The notes beneath the pieces are model-generated. The model did not search any database and was not told where the DNA came from. It saw only the letters and a list, made by a program, of their open reading frames with translations. Shown piece by piece: positions 11,246 to 23,412 of a stretch of 64,000 nucleotides of DNA. Positions within the stretch are counted from its first letter, which is position 1, and each line of letters begins with the position of its first letter. The translations under genes and the position numbers were made by a program. The stretch comes from Octopus vulgaris (Eukaryota): contig OX597815.1 of the NCBI GenBank assembly GCA_951406725.2, forward strand, positions 76,260,001 through 76,324,000, written 5' to 3'.

Positions 11246-12693
11246 CAGGCAATAACAGAGGAATTTAAGACAGGCTGCCCCTGGGAGCTCCTCTATGTTG
11301 ATGACCTTGTTCTTATAGATGAATCACAACCAGAACTAGTGAAGAAGTTTCAGGTATGGAAGCTAGGTCTAGAATCAAAGAGCGTTAGAGTTAACCTAGC
11401 AAAGACCAAAGTCTTAGTAAGTAAGAAGGCAGACAAATCACAAATCTCTTCAGGCAGATGGCTCTGCTTGATCTGTAGAAAATGTGTAGATAGAAACTCC
11501 ATAAGATGTACCCAGTGTAAGCTATGGACACATAAGAGATGAAATAACATCAGAGGAAAGTTAACAGGGAAAATAGCTTTTGTGTGTGGAAAATGTACAG
11601 GTACAATAAACACTGAAAATGTACATAAAATAGACTCCATCAACTGCCAGAGCAATAAGCTAGAGGTAATAGATAGCTTCCAGTGTCTAGGTGACCAAGT
11701 TAGTAGTGGAGATGGATGCTCTGAGAGTGTAGGTGTGAGAATAAGAATAGGCTGGGCAAAGTTCAGAGAGCTTGTACCTTCGCTGGCAACAAAGGGCCTC
11801 AGAGTGAAAGGCAGATTGTATGATGCCTGTGTGTGAACAACTATGCTACATGGCAGTGAAACATGGGCTGTGACAGCTGAGGATATGTGGAGGCTTGAAA
11901 GAAATGAAACCAGTATGCTTTGCTGGCTGTGCAACATCAGTGTGCATGTTCAACAGAGTGTAAGCATCTTGAGAGAAAAGTTGGGTATAAGAAGCATCAG
12001 ATGTGGTGTGCAAGAGAGATGACTGCGCTGGTATGTCATGTAATTCATATGGATGAGGACAGTTGTGTAAAGAAGTGCTGATCTGTAACTCAGGAGGAAA
12101 CCTGTGGTAGAGACAGACTCAGGAAGGTATGGGATGAGGTGGTGAAGTATGATCTTTGAACTTTGAGCCTCACAGAGTCAATGAGTAGTGACTGAGACCT
12201 TTGGCAATATGCTGTGCTTGAGAAGACCCATCAAGCCAAGCAAAATCATAGTTATGGCCGATGCTGGTGTCACATAACTTGCACTCATACTGGTGGCATG
12301 TAAAAAGCACCTTTCGAGTGTTGGGCCTCATGGAGGCAAAGTCACTGATGCTGGTGGCACCTGAAATGCTCCTTCTGAATGTTGGCCTCACAGAGGCAAT
12401 AACAAATGACCAAAACCTTTGGCATTATGTTGTGCCTGAGAAGAAGATTCATCAAGCCAAGTAAAATCGCAGTCATGGCAGATACTGGTGTATACAAATA
12501 GCACCTGTGCTGGTGGCACGTAAAAGCACCTATTACACTCTTGGAGTAGTTGGCATTAGGAAGTGTGTCCATCTGTGGAAACCATGCCAAATCAGATAGG
12601 AGTCTGGTGCAGCCTTCCAGCTTGCCAGCCTGGGTCAAACCGTCCAACCCATGTCAGCATGGACAATGGACGTATGATGATGATGATGATGAT
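11246..12693 (+). mobile_element. 5'-truncated, decayed RTE-clade LINE (same family as 6411-7700)
   Basis: [12 protein letters not shown] (YADD box), VNLAKTKV, FQCLGDQ, GRLYDACV, followed by the conserved 3' UTR and (GAT)n tail. Confidence 0.9.
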
Positions 12694-12767
12694 AAATGCA
12701 TATAAATATACATACATACACATATATATACATATATACACATATAAATATACATACATATATGTAT

Positions 12768-12798
<31 letters not shown>

Positions 12799-13979
12799 CA
12801 TATGTGTACAAGAGTATACATGTATATAAATATACACATATATGTGTGTGTGCATTTGTTTTACTGTCTCCTTGCCTTGACGTCAGGCAACAGTTGTAAG
12901 CAAGCGTGACTGTCATGCAAGAGATGCTTTTTGTTTCCAATTTTTCATGTAACCATGTGTGGGCATGGTGAAATATTAGCTTTCTTAGAAAGAGGGAAGG
13001 GCAGCTAGCTGTACAAAATCTGTTTGCTCCATCTGAACATGGAAAAGTGGAGGTTTCATATATTACGTGGATGATAATATTTTTTACCAAGATATTACAA
13101 CTGCATCTGATTGTTCCAGTGCTTGAATTCTGTACAGGTACATGTATTAACTTGCTTGCTGACAATTCTAAATGGTTTCTCCCATTGTTTTTGATGCACC
13201 ATTTGCTATCAATAAAACTGTCAGCACTTTTGATGACATGGGTATGCTGTTGATATTAGTAATGATAATAAAAATTGCCATGGAAAACTTCAAAAGATTA
13301 TCTTTGTCTGAAGTACTCTTATGACTGCTTTTAAACAAGTGAAAAGGAGCCACTTCAGATATATTTTTGTTGGTGAATTATCTCAAGTCACATTGTTATA
13401 TTTCTACAAACAAGACTTGTATCATCATCATCATCATCATCCAATGTTTTAAATTCAGATTTTGTTCCCGTTAACAGGGGTGGCCAAATCTACTTCAATG
13501 CCATAGTATCTGCCCTCACACCGTCTTGCCTGGCTTTGGGTGTTCTCCCTTTTCAAACTAACCCTCCCAATCTCCTCCTCCACCTGTCCCCTCCACCTTT
13601 TCCTTAGTCTACCTTGCTTTCATGCTCCATTTACCTATGTGTGTGTGTATATATGTCTCTCTCTCTCTCTTTCTATTTTTTTTTATGAATGTATATTAAG
13701 CAGTAATGACATATTTCTGTCTCCCATATACAATATATCCTGTAGTTCAACATGTAAAGACTAGAGGAAAATGTTAATCGGTCATAAATAGAAGATGACA
13801 TGCTCCAAATTTCAATTTTTTCTTTTTGCTTTCAGATTAATCAACAACATCAACATGGCAAATTTGAATATGACAGAGAAAATAAAAAGCACACTATGCT
13901 CATGGCTTAAGCTGTCAACCACACAAATTGGAGTTTGCCAGCTTCTTGAATGTGGCTGGATCCTTCGTGTTCAGGGTTG

Positions 13980-14450
13980 GGAAGAGCTATCTGTGGACAA
14001 GAAAAAGAAACATTCTCAGCAGTCATTAGGGATGGCCAAGTTCATGTAGCTAGTCTAGGATATCATCAGTGATCACTCCAGCAGGTTAATGAAGACCCTC
14101 GTTAAGTAGGTGAAAGTGGTGTGGTGTGATATTGACATCATGTACAAGTCCTGTATGACAAAGAGACAGCAGTTTGTATCAGGTAAGATCTGAGAAAACC
14201 ATGTGGTCATGTGATCCCTGCATCATGTGACCTCCTAGCTGAACTCTTTTGAATCTCATTGGACAGCTGCATCTAGGGTATTGTTAGGGGTGCTGTCCAG
14301 CAGCACCATGTTGACAAAAACTTGTTGGAAACTGTCACTACAAGCATATTGGATCACATAGATAGGATCCACTTGAACCTAGTATGTAGTGGCTTTTGTG
14401 GTTACAAGGGAGCTGTCAATGGAGCTAAGAGCAATCTTACATTTTTGCCA
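13980..14450 (+). mobile_element. Heavily decayed Tc1/mariner-superfamily transposase C-terminal relic
   Basis: tgacctcctagctgaactcttttgaatctcattggacagctgcatctagggt resembles WPPSSPDLNPLDYCIWG with many substitutions. Confidence 0.4.
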
Positions 14451-15305
14451 GAGACAACTCAGGGTTGAGCGGACCTTTTAGGTTTTGCCAAAGGCCATGA
14501 GAAACTCTTTTAGTGTTGGTGTTATAACAAAAATGCACCTAATATATGCTGTAAAGTGGTTGGTGTTAAGAAAGGCATCTAGCTGCAGAAACCATGTGAA
14601 AGTAGATATTGGAGTAAAATGCTGTCAGTTCTCCAGCCTATTAGTTCCTGCCAAACCACCCAAACCATGCTAGCATGGAAAGCAGATGTAAAATGATGAT
14701 GATGATGAATTGAAAACTAAATTTAACACAAATTTGAACCAATGTAATGAGCTGATTTTCATAAACTATCTTGAGTGGTTTTCAACACAAGCCAAACGTT
14801 CAGAGAGTCACTCCATGGTTGCTTGATATGTTAGAAATAACACCTAACTCTCTCTCCTTTTCTCTTCTCTCTCTCTCACATCATACTCTACCACCTTTAA
14901 AAATAAGGACATATTGAATAATGTAGCTTTGTGATAAACAGTCTTAAGAGATGGGATGATCATGGCTGGAATGCTTTTCCTCAGAGGCCTACTTGACCTA
15001 AGCTGATTTGGGGCTAAGCAAAACAACATGAAAGCATAGCTTCTTGGACAATAAAACAGTTCACAGTAAACATTTATTGTAGTTAGTATAATGTCAGTTT
15101 AGTTACATAACCAGTCTTCATTGTGTATGACAACACAGCTAAGTGAAAGGGTGAAGTGATGCATCATTAAATATTCAACAAAAGCCAAAGCTAAATCTCA
15201 GAGGTGAGGACCTTGTCTGCACTCATACTGCAATAACTTCTCTTGCTTACATTCCTATGTTAATTAACATGAAGAGATTTTACCTTATAAGGTGAGACAA
15301 AGTGA

Positions 15306-15692
15306 GGCGCAGGTGTGGTTGTGTGGTAAGAAGGTTGCTTCCCAACCGCTTCGTTTATGATTCAGTCCTGCTGCGTGACACCTTAGGCAAGTGTCTTCAA
15401 AGCCTTGAGAGTGGATTTGGTAGACAGAAACTGTAAAAGGCCCATCATATATGTATATATTTATGCATGTGTATCTTAGTAGCTTTGTTTGTTCCCCCTT
15501 CACCACTCGACAGCCAGTGTTGGTGTGTTTATGTCCCCGTAGCTTAGCAGTTCAGCAAAAGAGACTGATAAAATAAGTATTAGGCTTACAAAGAATAAGT
15601 CTTGCGGTTGTTATGTTTGACTGAAAAACCCCTTAAGGTGGTGCTCTAGCATGGCCACAGTCAAATGACTGAAACAAGTAAAAGAATAAAAG
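15306..15692 (+). mobile_element. Full-length tRNA-derived SINE, family A
   Basis: ggcgcaggtgtggttgtgtggtaag head, ccttaggcaagtgtctt centre, internal (TA/TG)n and ...gactgaaacaagtaaaagaataaaag tail. About 20 further partial copies in the window. Confidence 0.85.
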
Positions 15693-17644
15693 AAGAAATT
15701 GTACAAGAGTACACATGAGCTGAGACAAATCCACTCATATCCATAGAGTACAAAGGTTGCTTACTTAGCCCAGAACCTTTAACTAGTAAGCCACTTTCAT
15801 CTATACACTTGAAATAGATCACACTCACTTTATTGTCATGCATGTAGACACTAGCTATAACAAATCTGAACACAAAGGAAGCTTTCCCCACCCTCCTGCA
15901 AACAAAAAAAAAAGGGAACAAAAAAGCCAATGGTCAACCCACCTTTGTGTCTAGTGAAATGCAACATTACAGTTGATAAATATCTTAATGTTTATTTGAA
16001 AAGGTACTTTTATCTGAACACCTACACATGTGCATGGAGAGAGAGAAAGTTAATAGACACACATACACGTGTATGTGTGTGTGTATATGTATATGTGTGT
16101 GTGTGTGTGTGTGCGCACATATAATATAATATAATATAATATAATATAATACAACCTTATCAGCAGTTTTACAAACTAACAGAAAAGAAATACTCAACTT
16201 AGCAACAAGTGACTATAAAACATCTTTTAATTTCTACTGACTTGTAAGTTAGCTTTCTGATATCTGTTCACAAATTTACAGAAATCTGTGTATGAGGGGC
16301 AGCCATGTTCTCTAATATTGCTGGTAAGGACACTTTTTTACTCTGAAGATGGTCCTTAAACAAAACTTGTTTAAATTTGCAAACTTTAACTATTCTTATC
16401 AATAGAGACTTCGATAGTTTCCTTGTGCTCTGGGGCTTATATCCACTGATCTCTGGTCAATTTTGACCATTCAGTTCCATGTAGTTAACTACAATTGCAA
16501 CAAACTTGTTTGGTTTTGTGGACTGGATTTAAACATAAACTAGATCTTATAAGCCAAATGGGGGTTATTATTCCTAAAAACTCTATTCATAATACAGGTG
16601 AAAGTAAATGGATAAAAGGGTCAAAATATAATACATCTTTATTAACAGTTAAGAAAGGAAAGAATATGAGGTGTTAGATATATTCAGTCCTATCAAGTGG
16701 TGGTGTTGTGATGTGATGTGATGATGATGTGAAGGTGGTGACTATGCTATAGTAGTGATGATGGTGGTCATGAAGACAATGAAACACTATTGAGCATAAA
16801 AGAGAGCATTAAAAGCATGTCTGGTGGGAATATAAAAGTAATAATAATAAATTTAATAACAACAACACCGACAATAATAGTAATAACAATAGGTAACCAC
16901 TCGAGTGGAAAGTATGCTGATAAATATGGAATTCAGAAATGTAAGGAATCTAAAAAAGGTATTGAAGGAATGAGAAGTTACTATTGTCTGAAAACTATGG
17001 AACAACAAGATATAGACAATACCATGGCTAGAGACAAAAATATAACAAAAACACTGCAATTCACAGTTCTAATGAGGTTTTATTTTGAACATATAAGTGC
17101 TGCATAGCAACTAAATATTCATGTGATGAGTAAAACAAATGAGTTTAGTTCTTGTTTCATAACTAATTTATAGCAATACTAGGCAGTTATTCATATATCA
17201 AGTAGTTTAGGATGAGAAACAGGATCATCATCATCATAATTTAATGCACAATTTTCCAAAGCAGATTTTTTTATGGTTGGATGCCTGTTTCATTACTAAT
17301 ACTCACCTCTTTCCAAGCAAGGTAATATTTCCCTCATAGAGAGACATGATTTTCTCAGAAGACTTACTTGTAAGATAATGATGCTCATTTACAACCATCA
17401 TGTGATGTTTAAATAAAAGTACACACACACACGACATGATAAAATTCTTTCAGTTTACCAACCAAATTCACTCACACTCACAAGGCTTTGATTAGCCCAG
17501 AACTGTAGTAGGAAACACTTGCCCACGGTTTCATGCAGTGTGATTGAAACTAAGACCACATGGTTGGGAAGCAAGCTTCTTAATGACACAGCCATGGCTG
17601 TACCTATAAAATGTGTTTGTGTGTGTGTATGATGCATATAAAAA

Positions 17645-18005
17645 TGGAGCTCCAAGATCACTTGAAGGCACCTATATTAGGCTTGTTATGAGGGTTCAAA
17701 ACATCTCATGATGTGGGCACAAGAGGGGATTTATGGATACATTCTACTTATCTCTACTATTACTGCCCAAGGCAGGGTATGCTTTACTGGTTACTGCTAT
17801 CATGCTAAGCAACAGGCAATATCAGATGTTATATTTTGTAGACTTGTGCACTTAAAGAAAAGACAACGAGCACTCAACTACATTGATGTTATTGGCATAG
17901 ACACACAGCATGAAATTGAAGAACTATTAAATCTAATGGGGACAGAGATTCCTGGTGTGACATTGTAAAAAGGAACCTAGTTGCAGCCACTTGAAGAAGA
18001 AGAAA
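17645..18005 (+). mobile_element. Old non-LTR retrotransposon 3' fragment (RTE-like C-terminus)
   Basis: IYG..ISTITAQGRVCFTGYCYH..ISDVIF..RQRALNYIDVIGIDT resembles the RRLRFAGHC..GRPxxTYIDxLxxDT motif. Ends in (GAA)n. Confidence 0.55.
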
Positions 18006-18450
18006 AGTAAATATCTAATGATGAGGTTAACTGAAGGTGCTAAGTATCTTACAATAAGTCTTCATGAAGCTTGATGTTTGTTTATATTTAGCACCAAAGT
18101 GATTAAAGAAATAAACTTCGGATAATCTATTCAAGAACTACAAGACTTCATCCATAGGGCTGGTGCCTGAATTGTCACTTTGAAGTATTAATGAAATGAA
18201 AAACCTATCTATTCATGTATAGGATGTTAATGCTATTGTATTTAACTTTGCCCAGAAAAATTTGGTACCTATCATCTAACTAGATAAGTTGTGTTCAAGG
18301 GTGTGATATAATTAAATATTACACTCTTCAACAGTAGTTTATATGTCCTCTAAATACAGTAGTCTATATGTCCTCTGCATGTGTACAATATTTAATTTTT
18401 GTATTTGGTTTGCAAGACACTTGTCATGAACTTGTGTGTTGAAACATATT

Positions 18451-18806
18451 TTGTTGTATCATGGGAAGGTCATTATACCAGTAATAAATACATGCACTGG
18501 TCCTATTTCACTTCTTTTATTATTAGTGCCAACTGATTAATTAGTTAACCAATTTATCATCATTCACAACCTCATCAATGACATATGCTCTCTGGACCTA
18601 AAGCAAATCTGGAGTAGAGATTATTTCCATGAAGAAGACACAAATGGAGACAAAAAGTACTTAGACAAAGTTAGCTGATTGATTGACCAAACAATTGCTT
18701 AGTTAATTGGTTAAATAGTTAACCAATTTGCAAGCAAAAAATAGAGAAGTGAAAATAAAGCATATGTGTTTATTATTTGCATAATGACTCTCCTGAGATA
18801 CAACAG
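18451..18806. repeat. Degenerate long inverted repeat (~110-bp arms), MITE-like relic
   Basis: tgttgtatcatgggaaggtcattat...ttaaccaatt (18451-18560) versus its diverged reverse complement at ~18706-18806. Confidence 0.55.
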
Positions 18807-20555
18807 TACACCTAATCAATGTTAGAATAGAAAGAGATAAAAATGTTGAAAGATAGCCAAAATATATATTTCTCCTTTCGTTTAAGATGCCAGGAATAAT
18901 ATAACAATCTATGATATAAAAACAAAAATCACATGCCACTATTGGATGAAGTTTCTGTTATAGCTGAGAAAAAACAATATAGCAGAAATTAAGGAAAATC
19001 AGAATCCAATAATTAAGTTGAGCACAATATAATTACCATTACTAGAATGCTTTTAAATATATCTAAATCTATAATGTAATTGTTCTACAGCATTGTGGTA
19101 TCATGAAAAATGAAATTCTGAGCTACGAATATTTATGAGGTTATAATATATTTTGCTTTAAACGGTATATCTAATGTAAACTTGATAAATCAGTATATTA
19201 AAGAAAGCTAGTCTAGCTTAGTTAGGACTGGTTTTAAATAACTGTCAGATTCATTAATTAAAAACCAGTCTAATATATTTGTCAATAATCCAGGTTTGGT
19301 TTCTACTTGGAACCATTTCATTTATACCATTAATTTTTAAAAAACATTTTTGTTCTAATCAAGGCTTAATGACACTATAGCATAAAAGACTACAGAAAAG
19401 CAAAAGAAGGGACCTACCAATTCAAAAAATGTCCATTGACAGAAAGCTAAACAGAAGTGAATATCATAGACTAAAGGAAAACAAAATGGTGGTAATGAGT
19501 TCCTGAGAGCAGCAGCTTGTGGAAAGAAGCTATAAAAATAAAAGGATTCAAGATTAACAGGAAGCTCAACAGAGAAACAATGTACCTGGAAAGAGAAGTG
19601 AGTGACATGTTTAACCCTTCTGTCAAATTTAATGCTTATTTATTCATGCTGTTTTGGAATTAATCATGCCTCATCTCTTAGCTTTGAGATTTCAATGATG
19701 TGATTGTATATTTTCAGAATGACATTGTAGGGTAGGTGTGAGAGGTCAGGTCTGGCCAGTTTGAACATAAAACTGGTATAGTATTTGGATTAGAATACTA
19801 AACAGTTAAATGACTTAGTTCTATATTTAAGAGATGAGGAATTATGTACATTATTTGCATTTGACGGATATTTGTCCTCATCTTGTTTGTTGTTAACACA
19901 ACTTTTCGGCTGATATACCCTCCAGCCTTCAAGTTTTCTTGGAAATTTCAAACCTGGGTTCTCATTCTTAAGTTATTTTTTGATATTATTATTATTAATA
20001 TTATTCTGGAATCGAACTCGGAATCTTGGGGTTAGTAGCCAGCACCACTACGCCATATGCCCGTGGGCAAATATGGAGTAAATTTTAGGGCTTATAAGTC
20101 TAATATTTTCTTATCCTTCCTTAATACCAGTTCCCATATGCGACTCATATCTGCACTCGGTCTGCTTAGGAGGTTGTTGTGTCCTAGCATATATGCTGCT
20201 TTTTTTAGTTTATGTATTTTCCAGTAGTGTTCTCTGTCTATTATTTTAACTTCATCCCACGGGGAGAAGTGGTGTCTGTTTTTCCATACATGATCAGCTA
20301 TACCCGATTTATCAATATCTCTTCATGTCACAGCTTTGTGATATTCATCTACTTTTATTTTGAGGGGATGGCATGTTTCGCCTTTGTATAACCTACCACA
20401 GGGATGGACTACATGCAGTCTTTGGTCATATTCTCTTCTACTGGTGGTTTTACTTGAAGGAGATATTTGCGAAGTGTTGTAATACTCTTGAATACTGTCC
20501 TGATGTCATATGGGCCGCATATGTTTTGTATTTTTTTGGAGAGGCCTTTCACATA

Positions 20556-22180
20556 GTAGACAAGGGAAATGCTACAGTGGTGATGAACAAGTCTGACTAC
20601 TCTGAAAAATTGGCAAGTTTTACAAGTGATGGTAGCTACAGTAAAAGAAAAGAAAGACCCAACTCTGAAAACAGAGAGGAAGTTGTCACAAATCTTGATC
20701 AAGAACAAAGATCATTTTACACCAATGAAGTACAGACAACTGACTTGACACTACAGTAAACTACCACACATGTACGGTCTCCCTAAGATTCATAAGGATG
20801 GTATTCCATTAAGACCTATAGTGAGCTGTAGAGGTTCAGCATGTCATCCACTGAGCTGCTTCCTTGTGGATATAATCAGTCCATTAGCAGAAAAGTCAAC
20901 ATCGTACGTGAAGAATTCTACCCACTTCACAGAATTGATCAAGGATACTCCTATTGAATCCAACCAGATAGTGAGTCTAGTTGTGATAAGTCTGTTCACC
21001 AAAGTACCAACTGGTGAAGCACTATCGGTGATTCAAGAAAAACAAGTGATAGACACCCATCTAAAAGAATGCACTCGTATACCAATAAGAAACTTGATGG
21101 AAATGTTATCCTTCAGTGAAGAAACTACCTACTTCAGTATGGACACTGATATATATTTACAAGAAGAGGGTTTAGTTATGGGTTCACCATTATCACCGAT
21201 AATAGCCAATACATACATGGAATACTGAGAATTTGGGTTTAGGATCAACACCACTAAAACTAACCCTATGGCTGCGATATGTTGATGGCACCTTTATACT
21301 CTGGCCCCACCAGGAAGATGTCCAAGTGCTATTAGATCATATGAACTCAATAAAGTCATCCATACAGTTAACAATGGAAAAGGAAAAAGACAATCAGCTA
21401 GCATTCCTGGATGTGTTAATAACATGCACCAATTATAAATTCAGGACATCCGTATACTGCAAGCTGACCTTCACTGGATGATACCTAAACTTCAACTCCC
21501 ACCATCCATACAGTGTAAAGAGAAGGACTGCTCAGTGCCTAAAACATTGAGCAAAGAGTATAAGTAGCAATCATGATACACATCACGAAGAAATGATAAA
21601 GTTCAATAACAATCTATTAAGCAACAACTACCGCAAAAACATACTATCCATTCCAATTATGAAGAAAAATGAGAATGAAACCAATAAACTGTCCTCAGTC
21701 TGTCTACCCTATTTGAAAGGCCTCTCTAAAAAGATACAAAACATATGCGGCCCATATGACATCAGGACAGTATTCAAGAGTAATACAACAATTTGCAAAT
21801 ATCTCCTTTTAGTAAAACCACCAGTAGAAGAGAATATGACCAAAGACTGCGTGTAGTCCATCCCATGCAGCTGTGGTAGGTTCTACAAAGGTGGAACATG
21901 CCACCCCATCAAAATAAGGGTAGACAAACATTGCAAAGCTGTGAAAGGAGGAGATATTGATAAATTGGGTATAGCTGATCATGTATGGATAAATGGAGAC
22001 CACCTCCCCCTGTGGGATGAAGTTAAAATAATAGACAGAGAACACCACTGGAAAATACATAAACTAAAAGAAGCAGCACATATGCTGAGACACAACAACC
22101 TCCTAAGCAGACCAAGTGCAGATATGAGGAGCACATGGGAACTGGTATTAAGGAAGGATAGGAAAATATTAAATTTATAA
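20556..22180 (+). pseudogene. Disrupted PLE reverse transcriptase/GIY-YIG endonuclease ORF
   Basis: Consecutive ORF fragments 20770-21228, 21233-21481, 21593-21856 and 21941-22180 separated by stops and frameshifts. Confidence 0.9.
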
Positions 22181-22209
22181 GCCCTAAAATTTACTCCATA
22201 ATTGTCCAC

Positions 22210-22275
22210 GGGCATATGGCGTAGTGGTTAAGAGCACGGGCTACTAACCCCAAGATTCCAAGTTTGATTTCCAAG
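22210..22275 (+). promoter_or_regulatory. tRNA-derived (Arg-ACG-like) Pol III A/B-box head within the PLE terminal repeat
   Basis: GGGCATA-TGGCGTAGTGG (A box)-TTAAGAGC-ACGGG-CTACTAA-CCCCA-AGATTCC. The B box GAGTTCGATTCC is intact in the inverted copy at ~20009-20020. Confidence 0.7.
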
Positions 22276-22697
22276 CAAAGACCTGAAAAATAATGATAAT
22301 AAAAATCTTCGAAATATACCTTAGGAATGAGAACCCAGGTTCGAAATTTCCAAGAAAACTTGATGAAGGCTGGAGGGTATATCAGCTAAAATGTGTTAAC
22401 AACATACAAGATGAGGACAAATATCCGTCAAATGTAAATAATAAGTTAAAAGTCTTGACAGAATGTACTAAATCAGAAAATTCATCAGTGCAATGAGCAT
22501 GGAAATACTTACAGAAAAGACACAACAATGATACATTTAGAGCCAAAATTTCAAACATAGTAGAAAGAAGGGACCTGCAATTTTTTCTTCCTCCTAATAT
22601 ATATATTGTGTTTTTAACACAGTACACTTATAAGAGATTTATCTTTGACAAAAACTGCAGTATCTTGCCTGTCAACAGTGAATATATTTTAAGCCTG

Positions 22698-22730
<33 letters not shown>

Positions 22731-23412
22731 GTTTAAGATGTGAGAGCTATCTTCCACTTATACCAATTGATATTCAGTTTATAGTAATTAAAAGCAAACC
22801 CATTACTGCTGCACTGTAAAGCAAACAAAGAACTGCATTAATAACATTGAAAGGTACTTATTTTCTTTCTATTACACATGAACCCGAAAGGAATATCTAC
22901 AAGCTATAGCTAAAGAACAAGGAGCTTTTCTCATCAACTAAAATCATTAGCAAACACTACTGCACCATATAGAGGAGAATAAAGCACAACAAACTAACCC
23001 ATAGCTAATAAACAGTATTTAACACCAATCAACTCTGATTGGATAATGTTACCTTCAAAATCAATATATTTGTCCTGTTGTTCAACTAGTATTCTAACAA
23101 TTTTGCTCTAGAACACTCCATTATGGAAATTGTAGGTAACCTGATTCAAACAACATTAACAATGCTAACAACATGTATAATAAAAGTAAATTAAATAAAC
23201 TTGCTAGTCTTTGGGCTGCCAATCAATGAGAGGAGCAAAAATAGTTTATATTTCCTTAAAAGAAGCAGATAAACAAACATCTTTGAAAGCATTTCTTCCA
23301 AATAAAGGTTTGGTTAGTTTAAAATGCTATTATCACATGGAAGTAGAGTCATTGAAGTGCCAATGAGTATGGGTTATTATGATAATAATACATAAACACA
23401 TTATATATATTA

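Larger units (their letters stand above)
19817..22443 (+). mobile_element. Penelope-like retroelement (RT plus C-terminal GIY-YIG), tails-out inverted pair
   Basis: Plus arm ~20556-22443 encodes DKGNATVVM, MYGLPKIHKDGIPLRPIVS, EEGLVMGSPLSPIIAN, WLRYVDG and a GIY-YIG region ending KLKEAAHM. Minus arm 19817-20561 duplicates its 3' ~730 bp. Degenerate 13-bp TSD agttaaatgactt/agttaaaagtctt. Confidence 0.92.

Noticed and set aside
10915-11252. Y/I/C/M-rich ORFs
   Set aside because: Translation of TA/CA microsatellite. The same applies to 12592-12899 and 59556-60077.
11350-11937. 195-aa minus-strand ORF
   Set aside because: Antisense frame of the RTE RT remnant.
16340-16375. Hammerhead candidate CTGAAGATGG...
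   Set aside because: No GAAA box and no convincing stem II or stem I. Similar weak hits at ~1722, ~9790-9810 and ~10548-10585 were also not called.
19418-19585. Possible minus-strand exon (ttctctttccAG acceptor)
   Set aside because: Translation SFFPQAAALRNSLPPFCFP..YD matches a decayed LINE C-terminus rather than a host exon.
22210-22285. Functional tRNA gene
   Set aside because: No 3' acceptor strand or T-run terminator, imperfect stems, and embedded in a retroelement, so it is tRNA-derived only.
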